Position numbers and translations under genes: made by a program
Shown here: positions 1-7,831 of the stretch, piece by piece
How positions within the stretch are numbered: position 1 is the stretch's first letter
How the letters are laid out: each line of letters opens with the position of its first letter
Assembly (NCBI GenBank): GCA_035628335.1
Contig: DASPKA010000026.1
Coordinates: 1 to 46,065, forward strand
Direction: 5' to 3'
DNA: 46,065 nt
Origin: Patescibacteria group bacterium
GTDB lineage: Bacteria; Patescibacteriota; Doudnabacteria; UBA920
The notes under the pieces: generated by a model
The model's input: only the letters and a program-made list of their open reading frames with translations
Databases searched by the model: none
Told to the model about the DNA's origin: nothing

Positions 1-1
1 G

Positions 2-148
2 CTTGGAATCGCGCTTAAAACTCCGGGCGTAGTTACCGGTTATGACACCGACCAAGGGACTGTAACTGTGCGGTGGCCGTGTGATCAGTTCCGGGACTAC
101 TTACCGCATGGTGAGGATAAATTTGTTTTTGCTAAAGAACAAAGCTAA
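2..148 (+). CDS. 3' end of an unidentified CDS running off the left edge (...VVTGYDTDQGTVTVRWPCDQFRDYLPHGEDKFVFAKEQS*)
   Basis: This is the only frame open from the window edge, with TAA at 146-148 and a strong hairpin immediately after. No family recognised. Confidence 0.3.
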   Translation, partial: LGIALKTPGVVTGYDTDQGTVTVRWPCDQFRDYLPHGEDKFVFAKEQS

Positions 149-149
149 T

Positions 150-183
150 CAGTATGGGTGAGTTCTCTGACTCACCCATACTG
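150..183 (+). terminator. Perfect 13-bp stem hairpin (cagtatgggtgag / ctcacccatactg, 8-nt loop) after the partial CDS
   Basis: Inverted repeat read directly. There is no clear T-run, so terminator function is uncertain. Confidence 0.4.
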
Positions 184-348
184 CCAATACATATGAAAAA
201 AATAAAAGATAAGCTTAAAGTAGGAATGGCAATGATTATAAGAATGATCGGTGACTTTTTCCTAAGCTAATGCTATTTTTAGCAAATCTATCTTTGAGCC
301 CGGAAATTTGGTAAGCTTATACGCAGACTCACAGACAGATCTACTAAA

Positions 349-1098
349 ATGACTGGAAGAAAAATACAAGCCATAGTGCTCGCGGCAGGGAAGGGAACGC
401 GCATGGGAGACTTGGAAACCCCTAAAGTCTTAGTGGGTTTTTTGGGTCGCCCGTTGATTGTCCATTTACTTGAGCACCTGAAAAAATTAAAGCATGCGGT
501 TGAAATAATTGTAGTTACTGGTTTTAATGGTGAACGAGTAAGGACAGAGCTCGGGCCTTCATATAGGTACGAGCACCAAGCAGAGCAGCTCGGTACGGGG
601 CATGCGGTAGCTTCAGCTATGGACAGCGTTGATGGTGAACACGTGCTGGTGTTTTATGGTGATATGCCATTGATAACCTCGAAGAGTGTAGACGGACTCA
701 TTGAGACACATTTGCAAAGCCAGGCAGATCTCACGCTTTTTACAAGTGATCCAAAAAGTTTTTCAAAACATTATATGTCGATGTATTTCTTTGGCCGTAT
801 CATTCGTAACGAACATCATAAAATACATGAAATAGTAGAGCTCAGAGAAGCAAATAACGCTCAAAAAGAAATGACTGAGGTGAACCCGGGTATATACATG
901 TTTCGTACTGATTGGCTTAAAGAAAATATTACTAAGTTAGAAAACAATAATAGTAAAAACGAGTACTACCTCACTGATTTGCTCAAGCTTGCCGTTGAGG
1001 GTGGCGCAAAGGTTTCAGATATGCCCATCGCTCCGGAAGAAGTAATGGGAATTAATACCCTAGCTGAGCTTCGGATAGCTGAGCACATTATGAGTTAG
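349..1098 (+). CDS. Sugar-1-phosphate nucleotidyltransferase, GlmU N-terminal-domain-like, with no left-handed beta-helix acetyltransferase domain
   Basis: N-terminal LAAGKGTRM signature and the QAEQLGTGHAV motif typical of GlmU-type pyrophosphorylases. At 249 aa it covers only the nucleotidyltransferase domain. Confidence 0.7.
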   Translation: MTGRKIQAIVLAAGKGTRMGDLETPKVLVGFLGRPLIVHLLEHLKKLKHAVEIIVVTGFNGERVRTELGPSYRYEHQAEQLGTGHAVASAMDSVDGEHVLVFYGDMPLITSKSVDGLIETHLQSQADLTLFTSDPKSFSKHYMSMYFFGRIIRNEHHKIHEIVELREANNAQKEMTEVNPGIYMFRTDWLKENITKLENNNSKNEYYLTDLLKLAVEGGAKVSDMPIAPEEVMGINTLAELRIAEHIMS

Positions 1099-1130
1099 AT
1101 CCTTTAATCACTCACCTCCATGTCAGTGGT

Positions 1131-1706
1131 GTGGCAGAGACCACCCAAGTCAACCTTTGGTATAATGTATATATGTGGCAACTTTTAGTTCTTTTAGGCC
1201 TTTTGGCCTATTCTTTATTTTTGCTTTTTTTAATTAGCTCTGCCTTCTCTGCATTTGCGCGCACAAAGGTGCCGTTTGTGCCAAGCAGGGTACGAGACAT
1301 TGAAGAAGCTATTCGACTGGCAAAGGTGTCTGAGAGGGATATGGTGCTGGATTTGGGGTCAGGTAATGGAAGGGTTGTATTTTTATTTGAAGATCTAGGA
1401 GGCGCAAGGGGGTTTGGTATAGAGACTGGTTTATGGATGCATGGTTATGCAAAGCTTAAGGCGCTGTTTAAAAAAAGCAATGCGAAGTTTGTTTGCGGGG
1501 ACATTTTTAAAGAACCCTGGCGTGAGGCTACAGTTATTTATTCGTACCTGTATCCACCACTCATGCAGCGAGTGCAGGACAAGTTTACATCTGAGGCTCA
1601 GCCAGGCACAAGGCTGGTGGTTAAAGATTTCAAGTTACCGAGTTTGGCTCCCAAGCAAAAGGTTGATTTAGACTCTGTGCATACACTTTATTTATACGAG
1701 CTGTGA
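1131..1706 (+). CDS. Membrane-anchored class I SAM-dependent methyltransferase
   Basis: N-terminal TM helix (WQLLVLLGLLAYSLFLLFLISSAF) followed by SAM motif I (VLDLGSGNGRVVF). The track start at 1131 is GTG, and an alternative ATG lies at 1173. Confidence 0.55.
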   Translation: MAETTQVNLWYNVYMWQLLVLLGLLAYSLFLLFLISSAFSAFARTKVPFVPSRVRDIEEAIRLAKVSERDMVLDLGSGNGRVVFLFEDLGGARGFGIETGLWMHGYAKLKALFKKSNAKFVCGDIFKEPWREATVIYSYLYPPLMQRVQDKFTSEAQPGTRLVVKDFKLPSLAPKQKVDLDSVHTLYLYEL

Positions 1707-1779
1707 TCGCAAAATTCACAGAGTGCACTATGGGTCTGTAAAGCCGCCTCTGTGCTCCTGCTGCCATAAATTTTAAGAA

Positions 1780-3024
1780 ATGAGAGCAATAGTAGATTTA
1801 CATATACATTCAAAGTATTCTCGTGCATGCTCTCGGGAGCTTACTCCTGAAAATTTGGCAATGTGGGCGCAAAAGAAGGGCATTACAGTTTTAGGAACAG
1901 GGGACTTTACTCATCCAGCGTGGTTTGAGGATCTGAGCATTTTAGAAGAAGTCAAACAAGGTTTGTACAGACATCCAAAGTACCAAACTTTGTTTTTATA
2001 CCAAACAGAAGTTGCTTCTATATATAAACAGGGTGATAAAGTTCGCAGAGTACATAACCTTATCTTTGCCCCGAACCGAGAAGCGGCAATAAAACTTACG
2101 GACGCGTTAGTTGCAAGGGGTTGCAATGTGAAGTCAGACGGACGGCCGATTTTTGGTATTCACTGCGACGAGTTAGTTAAAATTTGTAAAGACATAGACG
2201 AGCGCATGGAGGTTGTTCCCGCTCACGCATGGACTCCACATTTTGGTGTCTTTGGTTCGCTGAGCGGTTTTGATACGCTTGAAGAAGCGTATGGTACCCA
2301 GACTAAGTATATTCGTGCCATAGAAACTGGTTTGTCCTCTGACCCGGAAATGAACTGGAAAGTTCAGGAGCTTTCAAATATCTCACTTATTTCAAATTCA
2401 GACCCGCACAGTTTGCCCAAACTGGGTCGTGAAGCAAATGTTTTTGAGTTGGATGTTAACTCTGTAACATACGATGGGATTATACAAACAATCTACAGCC
2501 GAGATCCGAAAAAGTTTTTGTATACTATAGAGTTCTTTCCTGAAGAAGGTCGGTACCATTTAGACGGACATGCTGATTGCAAATTTTCCTGTGAGCCTGC
2601 TATGACGCAAAAATTGGGCGGCATGTGTCCGGTATGTGGTAAGAAGTTGCTCCGAGGTGTGCTTGCCCGCGTCCAGGACTTAGCAAGTCAGAGTAAGTGG
2701 ACGGGGATACCGTATAAAAACATGATTCCATTGCTAGAAATTGTAGCTGAGGTGTATGGCGTGGGAGTTGCTTCCAAGAAAGTCCAGGCAGAGTATGAAC
2801 GTTTGGTTTCACAGAAAACAGAGTTTGGAATTTTGCTGGACTTGGATCACGAAGAGCTGGAAGTGCTTGGTGGAAAAGTGTTTGCTCAGGCCGTAAAAAA
2901 AGTGCGTGAGCGAGATATTATCCTGGCAGGTGGGTATGACGGTATCTATGGTAAGATTCAAATTTTCACACCAGAAGAAAGAGACAGCCTGCTTCTAAAA
3001 CCAAAACAATTTGCATTATTTTAG
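1780..3024 (+). CDS. PHP-domain protein of the endonuclease Q (TIGR00375-like) type with an internal Cys4 zinc-finger region
   Basis: N-terminal DLHIHSKYSRACS PHP metal-binding motif and GTGDFTHP. The cysteine cluster is CKFSC...CPVCGKK. The ~400 aa size fits EndoQ-like proteins. Confidence 0.6.
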   Translation: MRAIVDLHIHSKYSRACSRELTPENLAMWAQKKGITVLGTGDFTHPAWFEDLSILEEVKQGLYRHPKYQTLFLYQTEVASIYKQGDKVRRVHNLIFAPNREAAIKLTDALVARGCNVKSDGRPIFGIHCDELVKICKDIDERMEVVPAHAWTPHFGVFGSLSGFDTLEEAYGTQTKYIRAIETGLSSDPEMNWKVQELSNISLISNSDPHSLPKLGREANVFELDVNSVTYDGIIQTIYSRDPKKFLYTIEFFPEEGRYHLDGHADCKFSCEPAMTQKLGGMCPVCGKKLLRGVLARVQDLASQSKWTGIPYKNMIPLLEIVAEVYGVGVASKKVQAEYERLVSQKTEFGILLDLDHEELEVLGGKVFAQAVKKVRERDIILAGGYDGIYGKIQIFTPEERDSLLLKPKQFALF

Positions 3025-3072
3025 AAATATAGTAAAGTTCTTAAGATAACAACTTCAATATAGGAGAAAGTA

Positions 3073-3378
3073 ATGAGAAAGGAACCTACTTTTATTAAGA
3101 TTGAGGGGGCAACGTGGGAAGTTCAGAGTGAGTTGCTTAGAAAAGCTGCTGAGAATAATGAAAATATCGCCATCATTGAATGGGGTAGATTCATTTTTGA
3201 TGCTGAAAGGTGTAATCGAAAAAGATGGCAGATGATTCGGACTGAAGGGCATTTGGAGATCCAAAATGGCCGTACAGTAATTGTTTGGGCTAATCCTGGT
3301 TTACGAGGTAAGGAATTCCCTGTGGCCTGGCTCCCTTCCGGCACAGAAATTGAATTTGGGTATGAAAATCTTACCTAA
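3073..3378 (+). CDS. Hypothetical protein (101 aa)
   Basis: ORF preceded by an SD-like ataGGAGaaagtaATG. No family recognised. Antisense ORFs of similar size overlap it, so coding status is not certain. Confidence 0.4.
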   Translation: MRKEPTFIKIEGATWEVQSELLRKAAENNENIAIIEWGRFIFDAERCNRKRWQMIRTEGHLEIQNGRTVIVWANPGLRGKEFPVAWLPSGTEIEFGYENLT

Positions 3379-3428
3379 TCAAAAAGCCGTCTTAAATCAT
3401 GACGTATTCTTTCAATCGGAGGTGTGAA

Positions 3429-3761
3429 ATGATCGAAAGAGAAGGACCTTTTGGGTTAATGTCCGAGGTCTGGCCTGTGCCAGTAGTGGTTGCACTCCTG
3501 GAGTTGCTGACTTGTTGGGTTTGGTGCTTCCTTCTCGGAGCTGGACCCATATTTCTACTCTTCGGAACTAAGCCAGAGATTGAAAAGCTCACTTTCCAGT
3601 TGAATGGCTTGCTGGCCGGAATTCTCTTCCTTACATTCCTTTCAGTGATTAAAGGAATCCTGGAGATGAAGTTTACAGTCCGGTACACTCTATGGCAGTT
3701 CGCGCCCGGCCTACTCACCTTCCTGCTCGGGTTGTTGTGGTGGGACTTTTGGGGTAAATAG
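3429..3761 (+). CDS. Hypothetical Trp-rich integral membrane protein (3-4 TM helices)
   Basis: A strong SD (GGAGGTG, 3418-3424) sits 4 nt before ATG 3429; the track ORF starts at 3399. Hydrophobic segments are visible. Local GC is higher than in neighbouring genes. Confidence 0.45.
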   Translation: MIEREGPFGLMSEVWPVPVVVALLELLTCWVWCFLLGAGPIFLLFGTKPEIEKLTFQLNGLLAGILFLTFLSVIKGILEMKFTVRYTLWQFAPGLLTFLLGLLWWDFWGK

Positions 3762-3775
3762 GTGCAGATACGATG

Positions 3776-3810
3776 ACAGTCCCGATGCTTTGTCGGGACT
3801 GTTTAATTTG
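3776..3810 (+). terminator. Intrinsic terminator (10-bp stem acagtcccga/tcgggactgt, then a T-rich tail)
   Basis: Inverted repeat with a 7-nt loop followed by ttaatttg, located after the 3429-3761 CDS. Confidence 0.55.
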
Positions 3811-3849
3811 CTTAAATAAAGCTATTTTTTTCTGGTGGTGATATAATGT

Positions 3850-5244
3850 ATGAGTATGAAAAAGACTAAAATTGTATGCACAATAGGGCCGGCTAGTGAG
3901 TCGGTTAAAGTCCTAACAGAAATGGTAAAAGCAGGTATGAATGTTGCTCGGTTGAATTTTTCCCATGGGTCCTATGAGAATCACGCCAAGCTTATGGAAA
4001 ACATCCGTAAGGTGTCCCAAAAGCTTAAAACTCCGATAGGGATAATGCAAGATTTGCAAGGGCCAAAGATTCGTATTGCAGAACGAAAAGAGGCACTTAA
4101 GATAGCGCCAGGGGATGTGCTTATGTTAGGAGTAGACTTTCATACGGATGTGAATATTATAAAATTTTTAAAGCCTGGCCATAGGATACTGATTGAAGAT
4201 GGTACTATTGAGCTGAAGACGCTTAGAATTGTAGGTGCTCATAAGGCAGAGGTAGAGGTAAAAAATGGAGCGCTTATTCAGTCTCACAAAGGCGTGAATT
4301 TGCCTGACAGCCAAGTTAAGCTTGGGTCACTCACTGAAAAAGACAAAAAGGATTTAGAGTTTGGGCTCAAGAATGGAGTTGACTTTGTGGCAATATCGTT
4401 CGTTTCCACTGTAACAGATGTTCTTGCGGTTAGACGGGTCCTTGCTAAACATTTCCGAAATGGAGGGGTACAGCCAAAGGTGATAGTTAAAGTAGAGCGT
4501 CCCGACGCTGTGAAAAATTTTAAAGAAATTTTGAAAGTTTCGGACGCTGTAATGGTTGCCCGAGGTGATTTAGGTGTAGAAATAGACGACTCAGAAGTAC
4601 CGATAGTGCAGAAGGACATTATATTTGCCTGTAAAGAGGCAGCGAAACCAGTAATTGTGGCTACTCAAATGCTTGACTCTATGGTCCGAAGCCCAAGGCC
4701 TACGAGAGCTGAGGTTTCAGATGTGGCAAATGCAGTAATGGACAAAACCGACGCTGTTATGCTCTCAGGTGAGTCTGCGTTTGGCAAGTACCCGATTGAG
4801 TCTGTCCGGGAAATGGCGAAAATCATAACTTCTACTGAAAAGTCTAGGTACAACCGCCCGCACCCGGAGTTAGTAGAGAGTCCCGCGCACGAGACGCTTG
4901 CAGACCAAACAGCAAGTGCCGCCTGCGAGCTCGCACAAAAGTTAAAAGCTTCTGCAGTGGTTTCTGCGAGCGAAACTGGCTTTGCTGCACGTTTTCTTTC
5001 GCGTCAACGACATAACTTAGACGTGTTTGTGTTCACCCCAGATGAAAAAGTACTTCGACAGCTGGCGTTGCTTTACGGTATTCATCCGTTGCTTTCAGCA
5101 GCCAAAACAATTCCTGAGATGCTGGCACTAGCTCCTACATATTTGCGAAAACATTACTTTGTAAAAAAAGGCCAGCAGGTAGTCCGGGTCGCGATTAAAG
5201 GGACAAAAAAACACCCCTCATTTGTGGATGTTGTAAAAATTTAG
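3850..5244 (+). CDS. pyk: Pyruvate kinase
   Basis: KTKIVCTIGPAS N-terminus, ARLNFSHG, MVARGDLGVE and the VATQMLDSM motifs. The length is typical, and a GGTGGTGA SD lies 8 nt upstream. Confidence 0.92.
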   Translation: MSMKKTKIVCTIGPASESVKVLTEMVKAGMNVARLNFSHGSYENHAKLMENIRKVSQKLKTPIGIMQDLQGPKIRIAERKEALKIAPGDVLMLGVDFHTDVNIIKFLKPGHRILIEDGTIELKTLRIVGAHKAEVEVKNGALIQSHKGVNLPDSQVKLGSLTEKDKKDLEFGLKNGVDFVAISFVSTVTDVLAVRRVLAKHFRNGGVQPKVIVKVERPDAVKNFKEILKVSDAVMVARGDLGVEIDDSEVPIVQKDIIFACKEAAKPVIVATQMLDSMVRSPRPTRAEVSDVANAVMDKTDAVMLSGESAFGKYPIESVREMAKIITSTEKSRYNRPHPELVESPAHETLADQTASAACELAQKLKASAVVSASETGFAARFLSRQRHNLDVFVFTPDEKVLRQLALLYGIHPLLSAAKTIPEMLALAPTYLRKHYFVKKGQQVVRVAIKGTKKHPSFVDVVKI

Positions 5245-5540
5245 TTTTTCTGTCTTATGTGCTTTGTATACTCCCCGACATTCATTTCCATAGCAGCGTT
5301 AGCAGTAGGGTAGTATGAGCTTACGCTCCATGGCTCTAAAGTCTCAATTCCAAGAACATTATTTTCTTTATCTAAAAAAACTACATCAATCGTAAAACAC
5401 ATAAAAAATGTATGTACTTGCTTGCAAGGTGTAAAGGCAAGCCAGGTATTTGTAGGTAACGATCGCTTGCCAAGTAAGCCTATCATCCGTTTCCAGAATG
5501 TGTTTGCAACAATAATTCTAGGTTCCATAGATGTAATCAT
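5241..5540 (-). CDS. DUF192 family protein
   Basis: The KRMIGLLGK...L pattern and the FTIDVVFLD / AMEMNVG pattern fit DUF192. The track start at 5552 lies inside the upstream terminator palindrome, so Met at 5540 or 5528 is more likely. Its stop overlaps the convergent pyk stop. Confidence 0.55.
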   Translation of the reverse strand: MITSMEPRIIVANTFWKRMIGLLGKRSLPTNTWLAFTPCKQVHTFFMCFTIDVVFLDKENNVLGIETLEPWSVSSYYPTANAAMEMNVGEYTKHIRQKN

Positions 5541-5547
5541 ACAAAAA

Positions 5548-5575
5548 GCCATAGACAGCTGTCTATGGCTTTTTT
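5548..5575. terminator. Bidirectional terminator: 11+11 perfect palindrome gccatagacag|ctgtctatggc flanked by an A-run and a T-run
   Basis: Read directly. It lies immediately downstream of the metalloprotease gene on the minus strand. Confidence 0.6.
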
Positions 5576-5577
5576 AC

Positions 5578-6276
5578 TTATATTTTGTTTGTACAGTAGT
5601 TTTTTAGCAGTTTAATGTCAGCAGCTTTCAGGGTTGAAGGTTGGTTTTCAAGGCTTCCGGTTTGGGCGGACATAATCGCTCCGTACGTTTTAGTGTGATC
5701 GAGGCCAATAGCGTGACCTAGCTCGTGTAGCAAGGTGGACTGCAGGTCAGTGTCACTCATATACGCAAGTACGTTTATTTCTTTGCCCACGAGTTTACCT
5801 TTTGAACGTTTTTCAAGGTACTGGCCTAGCTTAATGTTAGTAAGTAGAGTAGCTTGTTTAGTGGCGGGATTCACTCCCGACGCTGAACGAGCGTACTCAC
5901 TAGGAGTTGTTCTGTTTTGTGCGAGTACCACACTGTTAAGAGAGGTAAAATAGTTATTAAGAGCAACTTGGTTTTCTCCATACTTCATATTCACAGAGAG
6001 CATAGAGGTGTTGTCTTCAACTAAAACTTGAGCTCCAGCTGCAGTGTTCCATGCGCGGGCAGCAGTGCGAACCATGCTAGCAAACTTTTCTTGGCTCATA
6101 CCAAACTGGGGGTCAACGGAACCAACTTTATAGGTAACAGAGGAAACAGTGGTGCATGGGTTTGAAGGAGTTACAATAACCTTCTTCTTTTTTGCAGCAC
6201 TCGCCAAAGACAGTGGTACTGAGAGAAGTACCAGTGCAAGAAAACATATGGAGAATATTTTTAGAATGCGGTTCAT
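5578..6276 (-). CDS. Secreted matrixin-like (M10/metzincin) zinc metalloprotease
   Basis: Signal peptide (ILKIFSICFLALVLLSVPLSLASA) and the HELGHAIGLDH zinc-binding motif (HExxHxxGxxH). Confidence 0.75.
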   Translation of the reverse strand: MNRILKIFSICFLALVLLSVPLSLASAAKKKKVIVTPSNPCTTVSSVTYKVGSVDPQFGMSQEKFASMVRTAARAWNTAAGAQVLVEDNTSMLSVNMKYGENQVALNNYFTSLNSVVLAQNRTTPSEYARSASGVNPATKQATLLTNIKLGQYLEKRSKGKLVGKEINVLAYMSDTDLQSTLLHELGHAIGLDHTKTYGAIMSAQTGSLENQPSTLKAADIKLLKNYCTNKI

Positions 6277-6296
6277 ATATGGGAAAGGAGATTAAT

Positions 6297-6343
6297 AAAA
6301 CAAAACAGACTTGAACATCTTTTGTTTAAGTCTGTTTTGTTTT
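6297..6343. terminator. Strong bidirectional hairpin (16-bp stem aaaacaaaacagactt / aagtctgttttgtttt)
   Basis: Perfect inverted repeat directly downstream of flp on the minus strand. Confidence 0.7.
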
Positions 6344-6370
6344 ATTTAGAAGATTTTTTTGAGTTCTAAG

Positions 6371-6583
6371 TTATTTACAATCAGGGTTCGCAGTTGCGTT
6401 TGTGCTGGCTTCAGCTGCTTTTGTGCTTTCTAAACATTTACTTGCGCTAGAGAACTTGTTTGCAATGTCAGCTCCAAACTTAGAGATCACGCCAATAGCT
6501 ACAACTGCTATTAAGGCAAGAATAAGCCCGTATTCGGCTAGGGACTGACCAGATTCGCTCTTTAAGAAATTTCGTAAGGACAT
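6371..6583 (-). CDS. flp: Flp/Fap-family type IVb pilin precursor
   Basis: Leader ending in G followed by QSLAEYGLILALIAVVAIGV (the G/xxxxEY Flp processing motif plus a hydrophobic helix). 70 aa. Confidence 0.85.
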   Translation of the reverse strand: MSLRNFLKSESGQSLAEYGLILALIAVVAIGVISKFGADIANKFSSASKCLESTKAAEASTNATANPDCK

Positions 6584-6678
6584 AAATGAGGATAATTAAT
6601 AGTGTAATATAGCATTAAAAGTTAGTTTTGTCAATATAGTTAAGACCTATGTATTATTTTTTGCTTATACAAGACCTT

Positions 6679-7215
6679 TTATTCTATAACATTTATTGCG
6701 GAAACCGGAATTCCTTGGCAGAAGATATTTGAAGTACCGGTTACGCTGGCAGCAATAACTGCATAGGAGTCTGGCGGCAGGTTGAATTTATACCCCATTA
6801 CCTCAAAGGAGTTTGTTGCTTTTCCAGCATTCTGCACGGCAAACTTAGAACCTGCTTTCATTTGAGATGACCCTTTTTGGGGGACTATTTTGCAGTCTAC
6901 AAACTGGAAGCTCCTGCCTTGATCACGGAAGCTTGTAATTGTAGAGTCATACACGCCATTAAGCCGAACTACTGTTGCGGAGGGAGTTGGTTTTGAAAGA
7001 GTTTTTTTCGGAGTAGGTACCGCAGCTGGGGGTGGTGAGCTAGTTTTCGGAGCAGGAGTTTCAGGGGTTGCAGAACCAACAAGCTTTACCAGCGGTTCCT
7101 GTGGAATAGGCTTAGTTGGGACAGTAAGTAATGAAGTAGGATGTAAGGCGATCCAAACCATGACAGTAGAAGCAAGTAAGGCGGCAGTGATAATATATTT
7201 TTTAAAATTAGTCAT
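6679..7215 (-). CDS. N-terminally anchored envelope protein with a Pro-rich linker and a beta-rich C-terminal domain (hypothetical)
   Basis: TM helix, then PETPAPKTSSPPPAAVPTPKK. The C-terminal alternating pattern (KAGSKFAVQNAGKATNSFEV...) is faintly cupredoxin-like but has no obvious metal ligands. It overlaps the upstream gene by 8 nt. Confidence 0.5.
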   Translation of the reverse strand: MTNFKKYIITAALLASTVMVWIALHPTSLLTVPTKPIPQEPLVKLVGSATPETPAPKTSSPPPAAVPTPKKTLSKPTPSATVVRLNGVYDSTITSFRDQGRSFQFVDCKIVPQKGSSQMKAGSKFAVQNAGKATNSFEVMGYKFNLPPDSYAVIAASVTGTSNIFCQGIPVSAINVIE

Positions 7216-7831
7216 GAATCTTGGTGATTAATAGCTTCATGATTTCCGGGTTTAGCCCAGCAACTGCAAACCCTTTTGGGATATTTACCGTGGTTTGGTC
7301 ATTAAGTGAAATTATTTTCAGATCTTTAAAGACTGCTGAGTCCTGAGTTTCAGTAAAAGTCACCAGAAATTCTCCATTCCCGCTAAGAAAGCTGTTGTCG
7401 TTTGGGAAAGCTGTGACTTCACGAATATTCGAGCCAGCACGGTTTGAAAGAAAAGTCCTGTTTTCTGCGGTTTGCCAGAGAAGATGTGAGCAGTTGAGGG
7501 AAGTTACTACTCTGAGTAATGCGCTATCATGCAGTGACCCATCTAAAGTAGTTTCAGTAAACGCAAGTGAGCTGTCATCTGTGGTGAGGGCGACTACTTC
7601 TGTGATTTGTGGGTCAGTAGAAATGCGGCGAATATAGGCACAGGGGGTACGCTTGAACAACTCATCAAACGTCATAAAGCCCTTGGCTTTATAAACTTGA
7701 ATTGTTTCTGCAGAGAGGTTTGTAAATTCAACAAACCTAGAATTAGTCATAGGCCCTGAGATTAATGTGCGAGCGTATATCCCTCCAGCAAGTACCAGTA
7801 GCCCCAAAAAGACAAGAATTGCCTTTTTCAT
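7208..7831 (-). CDS. Signal/anchor-bearing hypothetical envelope protein (207 aa)
   Basis: N-terminal hydrophobic segment MKKAILVFLGLLVLAGGIYA and a 4-nt overlap with the upstream gene. No family recognised. Confidence 0.5.
   Translation of the reverse strand: MKKAILVFLGLLVLAGGIYARTLISGPMTNSRFVEFTNLSAETIQVYKAKGFMTFDELFKRTPCAYIRRISTDPQITEVVALTTDDSSLAFTETTLDGSLHDSALLRVVTSLNCSHLLWQTAENRTFLSNRAGSNIREVTAFPNDNSFLSGNGEFLVTFTETQDSAVFKDLKIISLNDQTTVNIPKGFAVAGLNPEIMKLLITKIHD

Noticed and set aside
193-270. 25-codon ORF MKKIKDKLKVGMAMIIRMIGDFFLS upstream of the nucleotidyltransferase gene.
   Set aside because: It has no SD, is very short and lies in AT-rich promoter-like sequence. There is nothing to support it as a gene.
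1441-1671. Many 60-140-aa ORFs in the track lie inside or antisense to larger genes. Examples are 1441-1671, 1911-2126, 4284-4619, 9011-9268, 13897-14187, 15069-15497, 17353-17664, 21396-21806, 27699-29214, 30408-30924, 35992-36402, 38205-38870 and 44124-44333.
   Set aside because: Each is fully nested in a longer ORF that carries clear family motifs. They lack SD sequences and have low-complexity or junk-like translations, so they were treated as shadow ORFs.
3779-3800. Similar GTCCCGA...TCGGGAC hairpins at 3776-3802 and 17923-17942 as copies of a repeated (REP-like) element.
   Set aside because: Only the 7-nt stem core is shared, and the loops and flanks differ. Two short GC-rich terminator stems can resemble each other by chance.
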